This document shows positions 13,540 through 26,560 of a DNA stretch of 64,000 nt, piece after piece. Positions within the stretch are counted from its first letter, which is position 1. The number at the start of each line of letters is the position of its first letter. The translations under genes and the position numbers were made by a program. The DNA lies in NCBI GenBank assembly GCA_030141605.1, contig JAQGDQ010000230.1:293985-357984 (forward strand), read 5' to 3'. Under the pieces are notes generated by a model. That model was given only the letters and a program-made list of their open reading frames with translations, was not told the DNA's origin and did not search any database. The stretch comes from Tubiluchus corallicola. Taxonomy: Eukaryota > Animalia > Priapulida.

Positions 13540-13663
13540 TTTCGATACCTACCCAATGCTGAGCCTGCAAAGCTGGTGTATTAATTTCACAAACAATAAA
13601 AAGTTTGATACCTACCAAAAGCTGAGCCTGCAACGCTAGTGTATTAATTTCACAAACAAAAAG
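13540..13663. repeat. Two-copy tandem repeat, unit about 62-64 bp
   Basis: GATACCTACC..GCTGAGCCTGCAA.GCT.GTGTATTAATTTCACAAACAA..AAG occurs twice in tandem with a few substitutions. Confidence 0.85.
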
Positions 13664-16600
13664 TTCGCAGTTTGATTTGTGTTATTTTTCTTGTCCTTGT
13701 GTAGTGAGACTCGGTAATTCTTCTTTATTTCTCAAAGGAGTTACAGCAGTTAGGTTACGGGTACTGAAAAAAAACAAATTAACTGTTTAATGGAACTTGC
13801 ACAAAAATATGATGATTTTAGTAGTAACGTTACATTTATGTTGTTGGTGGCAAAAGTAAAGATAAGACATGGTTAAAACGTGCACAGAAGTTAACAATTA
13901 ATCACCAGTTAATTTAGTGACTAACTAAATAACTCATATTAACATAGTATAGTGACGATGATAACATTGTGGAATATGGAATGACTCACATTAAGTGTGC
14001 TGAAATTGCGTTCTGTGAAACATCGCGATGCATACTTAATTGTGATGGTAATTACTTGTACACATAGAATCTTGAATTTGGTGTAAATAACACATAATAT
14101 TCATAAAGGAAAAACGCTGTTTTGCAAGCTTAGATACCTTTAAAATAATTGTTAATTAGACTGTCATTCAGTATCACCTTTTATAGGATTTTAATGCAAA
14201 GGCTGTTCAATTGGTAAGATTTAAATATATAACGCTCACTTAGCAGCCATTATAACTAAAAAACAAACAAAACGTTTGCTTTTTTGTCATTTCATGTTGA
14301 GATTGATCATTTATTATTTCCTACACGTCCTTCCAGGTATTTCGTGTAGGTGTCCTTCTGATTGGTTTCACGACCTTCCAGCTTTAAATTCTAACGTTTG
14401 GCTTCTCTTGCCTTAAGAGTTACATAGTTACGAAATTTGTTCCGTAGTTTTCGCGTTTGTACTTCTGCAAGTAACGGACTTTTTAGCGATGCCCTGTGAA
14501 TAAGAGCCAGTGTGTTGTTCAGTAGGATGTGTGTAGGCTGCTGCTTGTATACCGTAAAACTGGACTTGGTTTATTCTTTCCCCACGTGTAACGTTTAAAT
14601 TGTCGTAACATTTCATTTTGACCGACATTTATAGGCTTGGTGTTTAAACATGTCGGCATCCCCACAAAGGTAAAGACTTTTAATAGAGCGCGGTAACCTG
14701 ACAATTAGCACTTGCGTGGGCGTGCTAATGGACGCTGAAAAGGAGCCGCTAAGGTGAAAAATAATAACAGTTGACAAATGAAAAAAGTGGGTTTTTTGAG
14801 TAAGCCACCCGACAGCCCGCATAGCACTAAATTCATCCTTTTCGACATCGGCGCGCTGCTGTTCTGCTGGTGGTGCTGCTGCTGTCGCCGCTCTTCTGTT
14901 GTTGCTGCTGCTGCCACTGACTTATCTGCTTGTCACTGCTCTGGCGCTGCTGCTGCTATTGCAGCTCCTGTCGCTTCACTGCCACTGATGACGATATCGT
15001 TGTGCATTTTCAGCAGCCCAATGTACCACTCTGTAACGATTATTAATACACCACCTTGTTTAGCAAGTTTAATAGTGTACTTACCTTTAAAACAGTGCTA
15101 TAGGCCTACTTATAAAGCTAGCTGTAACGTGTTAAACAGAGTGATTTATAAAAACCATTTTCATACGTGTGTAGGATAACTAAAGCATTATACCTCCTAA
15201 GTGGTTGTGCAAACCTCCTACATCGGTTTATGAGTTACACGACTTGTTAACAAAGTTACCGAAATGTATGAATTCTCACCTTCAGTGTCTTTAATAGCTA
15301 AGCTATTACTAAAGTCAACATAAAATGACGTTGAATTTTGCTAAATTCGTTATAATTATTATCTCAATAGTAGAAAATACGCTTCCCTCCTGCTGTTCTA
15401 TTGCGCATTTTTATAGCAACTTCATCGTCATGTCCGGAGAAGCAAAATGCGACAAGAATAGTAGATGGATTAATTGGTATTCTTATGACAAAACCAGCTC
15501 TTTGAGTGGTGTTAAATTTTACCACCATTTTGTGTGTTTTATTGTTAACGGCCGGAAACTAAAACGATGTAGCTCTCTATACTGCAGCTCAAACACAGGG
15601 TTTTACTTTCAAGTTGCAGTATAGGCTCGGAAATTGAAACTTAAATAAACCTGTCCGGAGAAATTCAAATCAGTTCTTGAACTATCAGTAGTTATTATTA
15701 TTAATAGTTATGAAACATCGTGATAACATTAACTGAAGATTGTTTGTATCTGTTTTAAAGGTGTGGTGTACAATTATGAAAACTTATCAAGTGAAACTGC
15801 ATCGGATGTAGATATAATATACGATTGCATAACGTACCTGCGTGTGCATGTACGTGCGTGCGTACGTTTGTTTGTGTGGAGCACGAAGGCTTTAGAAAAG
15901 CTGATAGTGCATTATTGCATCATCTTGGCATCACATGTTTTATCCAAAATTGCAGTGATAGCGAATAACTCAAGATTTTTCTCTGCATCCCCAAGAAGAC
16001 TGTGAGGTGATTTAAGCGTTTTTAATGTCTTTTTCAAGGCCCGCGTTTCTGTGCTGTCAATCAAATCGTGCTTTTTGGTGGAGCGATACTAGCTGCTATT
16101 CTATCAAAAAGAGCTGCATGCGCTCCAATTCAGCCATACCCGCTATCTTGCCTTAGACGTTTATGGAAATGTTAGAAAAATATACTGTTGACCAAACCGT
16201 TCTTACCAAAAATTGTCGAACTGCAAAAAATTCCATAAAATAAAATATTGAATGCTGTTGCTAATAAATTTATTGTGTTTAACACCTAAACTTCTATTTC
16301 ATAAAATTTTTAATAGCAATAAAAACACGTTCCACCATGGCAGGGAGTATTTTCATGCTCCTAAATCTGATTTCTCTGTTTTGGGTTGCATAGGTGCAGT
16401 TCACATACTTTTCATATCGTATAGCAACCGTTTGCAAAATGCTGGTGGCAGTTATAAAAGTATGCGAACAGTCGAGCAAAAGCTAATTTAGATGCTGAGA
16501 TCTATTTAATTCATCATATCTATCAGGGAATTTAATTTGTTCAAAAAAGCGATAAAGAAGAGCGTTAATTTGTAAAGCCATTGCCTTATTCACAAAACAA

Positions 16601-17879
16601 TTCGCTGATGCAAGATTTGAAACATTCGTTTGATTTCTTAAAAGAAAATGAACATACCTTTTGCCTTTTGAATAAATGAGACCTTTTGTACAATATTTAC
16701 TTAGCTACTTATTTGAACGTAAATGTATGATTTGTGCGTATAATACAGTCCTTTTTATGTCTGCCTACTTCAACATAAAACAAATTAGATTTTTTAATGA
16801 ATGAATAAATATGCACACCGTAAGTTTTCACTAACACCAATTCTAACAATTGCGGATTTGTAACTGCTAGAGAACGTCTGTTCGACTTTCAGTTTGCAAA
16901 AGATCAGCAGTTCATCGCGTTTATTAGCAAATTGCAAAATGTAAATGTATTTTTATGCGGGTGATAATAATAATAATAATAATATCTTTATTCGCACATT
17001 AATTTTGCATACAGGAAATTTAAATTAATTACAGCATCAAATAATTAGGAGCAAGTGTTTTGCAACAAATCAAGGGCTTCATAGAACCGATAGATTCATT
17101 TGACTTTTAAGTTTAGTTGATTATAGGGTGTCTTAAAAGTCACTATAATGTGACTTCTGTTTTCTAATTTCCTTTATCTAATCTCACCAAACTTTTACAT
17201 ACATTAAAAAGGGCCTTTGGGGATTCTTTCAGTTTATTTTTTGACTGGAACCTTGTTGCTATGGCGACAACAGTAACGTTAGAAATGAGGTGCATTATCA
17301 GCCTGGCTGGAGGCCCTTCGATCTCCAACTGAAATTCAGCGGAAATTCAGACTATCATGTTTGTCACACTGTTTTCTCACTTTAACAATATAGTTTTCAA
17401 GAAGGTGCAACCCTTCCTCACATATCAGACTCTCTCAATGCAAGATACCCGACTTTCCATTGGATTGGTGTCTGAAGCTTTTGAGGTCCCTGAAGGAAGT
17501 AGCAAAACATAGCAAAGCCAGTAGTTAATTTCTAAATTTCGCTGAATTTGACTAAAACAATACTAATGTAGCAATTTTCAATATTTTCCTTTTTTTATCA
17601 AAAAACGTCGAAAATGTAATGTGTATAGTGGCTTATGAAGCACTCTGTATAGCGATTTAAATCAATACCAACTAGCAAATAGTTTTGTTTGATTCTGTTA
17701 CTTCCACGAAACAATAATAAGCAATCAGAGATTATGTCATCTGATGTATTAAAATATTTCATATAATTTGAACTGATGTCGCGTAGCCTACATGCACTTA
17801 AAACGCGCTGTTTGACATTTCGTTATGTCTCTGGCCTATTTACGAAGCCAAATTCGTAGTAATAAAATCAAAGATGGAT

Positions 17880-18360
17880 TGCGCATGCGTTTTACCTGGC
17901 AAACTTCTGATTGGCTGTGCGGCCTGTCATTTCGCATTAACCCTCGAAATACCAACTGCTGCTCTCAGATGGTGTAAAAGTTAAATGTTATCTTTGCGCG
18001 TTTTGAACTACTGCAGCTAATTTTTGGTCAGTTTTGGTCTAATTGTGTACAGACAGTGCCACGTGAGAACAGCTTTTACGTGTAAGAAATAATAGGATAT
18101 CTTTGCAGAGTTGTGTTTCAGCCATTTACACGTTACGGATGGTTTACGTGTGCAAAGTGAATTACCGCACCTGTGTACCACACGCCAGGTACTAATGATA
18201 TGAGATGAAATCATGTAATTACCGGCTTTATAGAAATGTGTGTAGAACTCTGCGTTGTGTTGTGTGGTTAAGTAAAGTGTTCTTAGCGTTAGTGACAACA
18301 TAACAAGTTTCGGATACTATGACAGAGCTGGCAAGTCAACACTTTTCAAACCATACGAAG
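17880..18360 (+). promoter_or_regulatory. Candidate BMP2/4 promoter and non-coding first exon
   Basis: TGCGCATGCG (NRF1-like) at 17880-17889 and an inverted CCAAT box (ATTGG, 17910-17914), followed by a CpG-richer leader ending in the donor AAG|GTAATA at 18360. The BMP2/4 ATG exon starts with a splice acceptor, so an upstream exon is expected. Confidence 0.45.
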
Positions 18361-21300
18361 GTAATAATTGCAAATAATAATACATTTTACGATTTGTGTT
18401 TGTTTTACTAATGTTTAACTCTTTTGTGTTTAGTTCTTTGGAGTTGAAATGACTTTTTTGTTGTGAAAGTGGTTGTTCATTTTTACACTCCTAATAAAAA
18501 CGGGTCTCGCAAAAGATTTAGTTAATTTCTGCGACACTAATTACGCATATACAGGCAGAGTGTAATTCCGTAATACATTTCTAGAAGGTTTTATTTGCAA
18601 TGACGATTCTGTGACAAATATTGTAAGATTTTTTATTAAAAAATGCAAAGCGTGCAGTATATTTCCGCTTAGTAAATTTCTTATCGTTCCGCGAATTAAA
18701 AAAATCTTTGTAAACCTTTAAAATGATTATTTCTAATCTATAAGAGGTTTGTAAGGAACGGAAGCTGCATATGACCCAAAGAAATACATTTTGTAGCACT
18801 ATATAAAATATGTATGAGTTTATTTTTGTATAATGAATAATGACCACTATACAATTTATTGCAACAGAGTAAAAATATTTACTCCAGCTTTTTTATGCTT
18901 GCAAATGAGAACACATTTTTTCCCTGTATCAGAGGTTGTTTTTAGTAGTCGGAAATGTATTTGAAGTGGGAACTTAACAATTCTCACCTGTTTTTAAGCG
19001 TCATACAAATGATATATGGAAGCTCGTTAATTTGGCACAAAAGCGACTAGCCGTACTGCAAATTCTCAAAATAATTTATTTACAGTGAATTAAGGACTCC
19101 GGCCCTTGGGTTGAAGTTCTACGAAAGTTTCGCATTGCTGTGGTTGCTTTAACACCTGTCGGCAATAACAAATTTATGAAGGACGCGCGTGCACTGCTGA
19201 CATTCATAGGAGGATGCTGTTGAATGTTTGGAATTTCAAGTCAAACTTTTCGCTTTTGTGATGAACGGAATCTGGACAGGATGGGGAACAATCCCTGAAA
19301 AAATCGGCAAACTTATCGGAAATTACACAGAAATGAAATGGCAAAGATTGGGAAACTGGTAATCTCTTGAGTTATCTTGAAATCGGAAATACTTCGAAAA
19401 AAGCCTTAGCATTCTTATAAAGATTGTTAATTTCATAAAAGTGCATAGTAAATCAGCAAAGTAATTCCTCAGGGGTAGCGTCTATTGCTCAGTATACAGC
19501 CATTAAATATTTTGATTCGCTCTTAAAATCAATTTAACAAGTTCATTTCTCACGCATTGCGGATATTAACAATTAGCCAAAATTACGCAACATGAGTTGA
19601 CTTCCGAGCTTTGCCTTGAGAAGGTGGGATAATCCACGCTTAAGCGGCTAAACCCGGGTCGCTTATCGGGGCTCTTATCTTGAAAAGCCACTTACACAAG
19701 AAACGGGTTTTAGTTGTACCGAGGTGAACATTTTTCGTCGGAAAAGCGCGCACTATCGGTGGATTTACGTGGGGAGGAACAGTGCACACCACCATCTCTT
19801 TGAGGCTCCTTAAGCATCTCACAGTGCAATATATTTAAGCAGAATTTTCATAGATTCAACACTACATGAATTGTAATTTCGTAAACTTGCTAATATCCAC
19901 GAGATGTGAACGACATTTTCATATAGCCTTCATCTCATTTCTTACACACGCCCTCAGGTGAGTAAATGTCACCATTAAGACGTTGTTTGTCAGGCCGGTC
20001 ATTGTTTATAGATTGCTGATAACAATAATAACTCGCGCCTCCCACACAAATTGTCCTGGGCAGCTTTTGTCAGTCCATCTTTGTCTCTTTGCTGTAAGAA
20101 GAATGTACACTGTATTAGAGGAGTCAAGTCCTGAGTAAATTTACTGTACTTTTGTCAGGGAGAATCATCCTGTCCAAGGAATGTTCCTGTATTCCCGTGT
20201 GGATACGAATGTCTGCTCACGGACTACCCAATTGCTGTTGTTCACTAGTACAACAGTAGCCTGACGTATTTTAGCTGAACATTACTTTCTGATGGTCTCG
20301 TAATGATTAATGATTAATGCTATTAATCATTTAATTATGGGCAACAACTCCAGAATCAATTTTACGCAATAAAATTTTATTTTATTTGTTTTGAATAAGT
20401 GAGCTACTAAAAAGTGATTAAAAATTACTAAAACAGTTTCACATTTTTGTTGACAATCAATATTGGCACATTATGAATGATCCGAAATTTGTGACTAATT
20501 CCTTTTGATTATTGCTTTTGTCCTTATACCATGACACATGTGACTGATGTTACTCTGATAACTTCGAAAAATCCTGAAAAGTCTTTCAACAATTTGATGT
20601 TTCATTGACCAACAAATAATCTGCCCACAAAACTTAGACGACCAATCTTCCCATGCAACATACACGTATGCAACTTTTGTAGATTAATCTTTAATTAAAA
20701 TAACTCGTACAAACCTCTTGCCCAAGCCATATTTTTTCTCGCGCTTTCAGTGAATTCGATGGTACTTCAATTAGGATGTATTGATTTATTTTAGGTTATA
20801 ATTGGGTTAGGACAAATTTCATGCGTCAAAGATACACAGTCACGCTAACAAAGTTTTCACGGAGTAATTATTGTCACATTATCATGAATAACATAAACTT
20901 CACAACTACAATAATGATTTTATCATATTGACATGAAACACTATGTTCTAAATTTATTATGAACTAATTTTCTATTGCGCGAGTTAATCCTTGTCGTTAT
21001 TGCGCGGGCAAAAATAGTTATACTGCCTCATAAAAACGTCAAATGATACTGTCATTTACTGTCAAATGTAAAAATTAGATTTCACTATAGCAACATGCAA
21101 TAATAAGAACAAGAGAATAATCGCTGCTGTTCATAGATTTTTAGAGTTCATAACCGTATCAAGTTTCAGTATAACTGCAGAACAGATTTTTCTTCGATAA
21201 AAGAACTAAATCACGTAATAATTACGAAAACATATATTCCTTATTTTAAAACTCATTTGAAATCTGCCAAAGAATAACATCTATGAGTTGGACTTCTAGA

Positions 21301-24300
21301 CTAGCGCCCCGGATTCCTCTTTAGCATAGTGAATCGCAGGCCGAGCATTGAACATGAATGGCATGAAGCCTAGTCCAATATGGCTAGACTATATGGCTGT
21401 TTTCTGTTGTAAACATAAATGCGTGCACTTCCTCAGTCTATTTTACGTCATATAAACATTTTGTTGCGTATTTTCTCAGAAATCGAGTGAGTGAACTTTT
21501 CGCTTACATATTCTTGCAAAACTTTTGTATTTATAGACGATTTACGTTTTTGTTGGCGTTCTTAATTCTTGCCACTATCATTACAGTGAATCTTCTCGCA
21601 TGTAAACAAAAGTCCTGTAAACATCATCATAAACGTCTAATTGACGTAACTAAATTTTCCGATAAATGCAAGCTCACAAAAAAACAAACATTTGCTTGAT
21701 TTCTTTAACTTTTGGTCAATTATGCAGCTGAATATAATAAATTATTTTTAGACTCAATTCAATGGAAAAACTTGACTTAAACTAACACAATTATATTTGT
21801 TATTTTGTGAAATGAGGAAAGTTAGTCAGACAAGCAAAACCACACAATTTTACCCTTCGTGCCTGAACCACTGTTATCAATATGTTTACATCATAATGCA
21901 GAACTATTCTATATATGAATAGTGAATAAATAACCACTGTTATTACTTTAAAATTATATATTTTTTCAAAAAAAATTTGCTATGGAACGTTTGAAGCTTT
22001 TGAAGTCGTCTGGTATCTGTTTTAAATCATATAATGTTTTAACTCCATTATTATACAAGCCCACAAAGTCTACATGATATTTCAAACAAGGAAAAAAGGT
22101 TTAGCAAACATATTTTTACACTAGCGGAAGTTAGGAATAGTTAATAATGATTATGCTACAATTTCAAAACTTCACTTTCTTTGCATCTAACTTTACTTTT
22201 GTGCTTTTGAAAAAGCTTTCTTTACATATACTGTCTATAGAATCCAAACTTGCGGCACTAAATTTTCACAATATTGTCAAAGATCCTGCCACAGAAACTG
22301 TTGCTGCACTATTGTAGCTATGCCACCCGTTTGATTTGCCATGTTAATTTTGTTTGATTATAAAGTAATTTGCAGTCGTTAGTTCACGTATTTCCTGCAT
22401 TAACTGGAATAAAATGACGAATAAGTTAGCATTGAATGTATAATTCTGTTTGTTTTATGTCCTTAATGCCATGAGCTGTTTTTAAAAAAATTTACGTTAG
22501 TAATAGTGTTACAAACGTGCCACATGCTTTCATAATTTTATTTCACATCCCTTTTTACAGTCCAGTAGTTCCAGTTACAACAACTATGACTTGCTTTGAT
22601 TTCCCTCCAGCTTTAACAGAGTTGTTTATATAATAAAATGAAGTTGTCTGATTTATGTTTGGCTCTTTAACTAGTGTTTAGAGGTGTTGTGTTGCACTAC
22701 GAGGCGAAGTTTGTTTAAACCTAGTTTGTTAATAGTCACTAGAAAATCTATAAACAGAGAGAATAGTTTTATAACAAATAATAACAACTCTGGCAGCTGT
22801 TGGGGACGCGCAAGAAATGAGAAACTGCAAATCTCAGCGCACATGCATGAATGTAGGCGGGTTAGCAAAGACGAAATATTTTACCAGATCAAACAAAAAA
22901 ACACCTTTCTGTGACTATATTATGAATCATGCTAACACAAGAAAGATGATCATGTTTTCAGTAAATAGCAGATGAGTTTTAGTAAGCTATATAAAGTACA
23001 TAAAATGCTTGAGTGAAGGCCAAAGCATCTATGTAATTTGCATATTAGTAAGCCATTGAAACTTTATAATAGTCATCGTCATCATCGATTTCGACACTGA
23101 GCCATCTTCACAATTTTATCATCATCGCCCGTTATTATTTTTGTGCGTACAATAATAACATTGTCCATGTTACTGTGGCAGTCTAAATTACACTTAGTTT
23201 GTTTAAAGACTAAAACTATAACTAAGACTATAACTAAAACAATTTAAAATGTATTCTTACTGAGGTCAGCATAATAGCATATAAATCGTTGAGCTTACAA
23301 ATAAAGCTTTCACATTTTGTTGAACATTACTTTTGCACGTGTGCATTTGTAAATGTGGCATTGCTCACATTCATGCCAAATAGATCTACATCAATAAGCC
23401 ATATAAACTACAATCAAATTTTAGCAAGCATTTATAATACCCTTAAAGGTAGCAGGCAAACTTGTTATCTTTCTGCCCGTGGCGGCCTTTCGTGATGTGG
23501 CTCCGGTTAGTCTAGGATGAATTTTGAACTTTTTGGCTAACGTATTTACTAAGGGCATCCCGGCGAAAATATTGTCAAGGTTTCGATGCAAAGCGGTTCC
23601 CTTACAAAGTCAACATTTTCTAGATCTGTAATGAAGTTTTACAATTTAAGAAGCAATTTATTTGCTAAATCTTGACAAATTGTGACTTAGCTTACTTAAT
23701 TTTAGTGGTTAAGAAAAGAAAAGGGTAAAAAATACTTTTGCTGTCAAATGTAGTCTTTGACTGGCTCATACATAGATATTTGTGAGCATGCGCACATGTG
23801 TAACAGCAGCTTGATAAAATTGGTCTGCCAAAGCATTGGTGATTGCTAGATCTGTTTTGCGTTATGTGGGACTGCGTAGTACTCACATTGTTGTGTCCTA
23901 TTGTGCATGAAATTGATGAGTAAAAGATAAAATTCGATAATCTATAAACAATCTTGCACTTCCTCGGTTTAATCTTACCAAAGCCGCGCACCTGCACGAT
24001 TACCTTGGCAAACGTCATTCAAAGGTATACAATACAAACACCTGCATTCCTAAGTAATAACTATAATTATCTTCTATCTATGTTAATGACGTTATACGGG
24101 CTGTTAATGTGATCCAGGTAATATCCGTCCAGCAATTACGAAGTTTCCGCTTGGCTGTTTAGCCCTGGGTGCTAAGCGAAGGTGTTAGAGTGCATATCCT
24201 CCACCGGCCCCAATACAACTATAAGTCCAAATTAGGCAGTTATGTAAAGGTAACCTGTGAACGTTAGGGTTGACAAACGCACAAAGGCACGCAATTAGGG

Positions 24301-25780
24301 TGAACTTATAGTACTTGATTGTGGTCCAAATTGATGGCCTGTAGTATCAGCATCCATAACAATCGTGAGGTTGGCGTTCAAGTGACAATAAAGAGAAGGG
24401 CAAGAAAAAATAAAGTATCAGTAGCAATACATAACTAAATCAATTTGGTAGAATTCCAGTTAGTTTCCCCTGTTGCAGGCATAACACGTGAAAAGCTGCA
24501 ATGAATCAGAGAACACTTGTGTTAGTCACAACCTGCATCCAAAGTTGTTTAGGGTTTATCTCTACATAAGAGATCAAGACATCAAGTGCCTGATTCAAAA
24601 CCTCATGTTCCTGCTTCAGATATTCAGGCAGAAATCGTTCTTTACATTTCTTTCTTTCAGCCAAATTGTGGGTTATTCAACCATTAGCAACAGAGTATCT
24701 CCTTACTTCTCTTCATTCTGTGGTGCCTATAATTACAAAGCATTTTGAGCAAAATTCTGTTAAAAACTAAATTTACAATTGATATATTTTAATAGAAATA
24801 AACCAACTATTTTTGCTTAGAAACTAATTGAACTGCATGAATCACGAATATCTGTATTTCCTCACATTTTTGTACAAATTACCATAATTGTATAATGTCA
24901 TAAATTTACCGGTGATAATTCTTGTATATTTAACTAATTGCCTTGTACATTTTCAAAAGCAATATACGCATATGAAATGCTTTCCATAAACATATAATGC
25001 AGAAATAAATATACTCAAATATCCACGATGCTTTCATGAAGACCTCTCCATTAAATTAATCCATTTTTATAATTTCGGTAAAGCGTTTCAAGTCGCATAT
25101 TATCCTCTGCGCATCAGTCATAAATCAGGCTTTCTCTATTATGTCATCTGTCATGTAGTTTATTTTATCTGTCAGGTGGTTAGCTTAGTGCAATCAACGC
25201 AGGTACATTAAGATAAAATGGTACATAAATCAGTCAGCCCGGGGCTATTACAAGGCGTATCTTCATCTGTTGAATGGTAATATTTTTTGGTTCACATTAA
25301 TAAATGTTTTCCAGGGTCTCACAACGCCACGCCATGTCCCGCCATTTTGGCCACCATGTACATATGTATTATAAAAACAACAATTATTGCGTTTAACTGA
25401 AAACAAGAAATTGGTCAATTTGGCTGAATCGCGCTACCTAATATAATACAACAATAAGCCCACTGACCGCTATAAAATAACTTGAGCATTTTAAAAGTTT
25501 AATTTTGAACAATTAAGTGATGATCCTAATCGTCCAATCACTAACCCAAACTTATAGGTCATATACCTATCAATCTTTTGTGTAAGATATTAGAAAACTA
25601 TGCAGTGACTAATTTTGAAAATCAGCTGGCTTTATTCAGTAATTTTTGTTATGTAATTTATCAATTTAAACAAGTTTTCATATATTGTCAGTAAACATCC
25701 TCATTTTTGTACATCTGATACACTGGAATTTTGCAAGCTACAAATTAAGCTAAACAATATAATATACTGTTTTCAAAAAA

Positions 25781-25912
25781 ACTCTAAAATGAAAATTCGA
25801 GTGTTAATATCATTATTTGTTTGTGTAAAAAGCTCTAAAAGAAATATTCGAATGTTAATATCATTATATGTGTAAGGGCTCTACTAGGAAAAATCGAGTG
25901 CTAATACTATTT
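25781..25912. repeat. Three-copy degenerate tandem repeat of about 45-50 bp
   Basis: CTCTA..A.GAAA.T.CGA.TG.TAATA.CATTAT..GT.TAA is repeated three times about 300 bp upstream of the BMP2/4 coding exon. Confidence 0.7.
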
Positions 25913-26205
25913 TTTATTTGCGTTAAAAATTTGTGTTTATGAAAGCGGGTATAATAACGCAAAGTTGAACTAATGATTGGTAAACATCGAAACTAGACTT
26001 AGATTTTTTACCTGGTCTAGTTTGGAAGATTATAACCACACTAGACCCGGGATCATAGCATTGGATTGTAGTTTTAGGAATGAAAAAACTGTCTGAAATC
26101 TCTAATGTTTTAGCCCATTTTCGTCTATTGTAATTCATGAAAAAACTATCATTTAAATGAATGGATTTCAGAAATGTAGATTTTATTTCTTCTCTTACAG
26201 GAACG

Positions 26206-26560
26206 ATGACCATCAGCCGAAGCGTGCTGTACTCGTTGGTCCTGATCACTTCAATCTGGGAAATATACGGAGACCTGCTTCCTACGAAGAGGTCTAGGAA
26301 AACTTCGCCGGAAATCACGCCGGAAATAGCCGATCACTTCGAGCATCACCTGCTAAACGTGTTCGGAATGACAAACCGACCGCGGCCGAATAAACGTCCG
26401 ATAGTGCCTGATTACATAAAGGGTTTGTACAACAGACAATTGCGAGATTCAGATAAATTGGACATGGTTTTTAATGTGAACAACAAGAAGATGTGGAACG
26501 TAAATACGGTGCGCAGTTTCTTCTCAGAGGAGGAGGAGGTGGATGCTCAGGAAATTTATG
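26206..26560 (+). CDS. bmp2/4: BMP2/4 (dpp ortholog) first coding exon: signal peptide and prodomain N-terminus
   Basis: Acceptor tctcttacag|GAACG-ATG at 26200/26206. Signal-like MTISRSVLYSLVLITSIWEIYG, then the prodomain signature FEHHLLNVFGMTNRPRP...VPDYIKGLY...NTVRSF. Donor TATG|GTGGGT at 26560 (phase 1). Confidence 0.93.

Noticed and set aside
14428-15179. Overlapping ORFs including poly-Ala/Gln/Cys peptides
   Set aside because: They arise from GCT-rich low-complexity sequence, and I found no domain or convincing splice partners.
13540-25912. Short direct repeats (13540-13663, 25781-25912) as CRISPR-like arrays
   Set aside because: They have 2-3 adjacent degenerate units with no unique spacers, no cas genes and a eukaryotic context.
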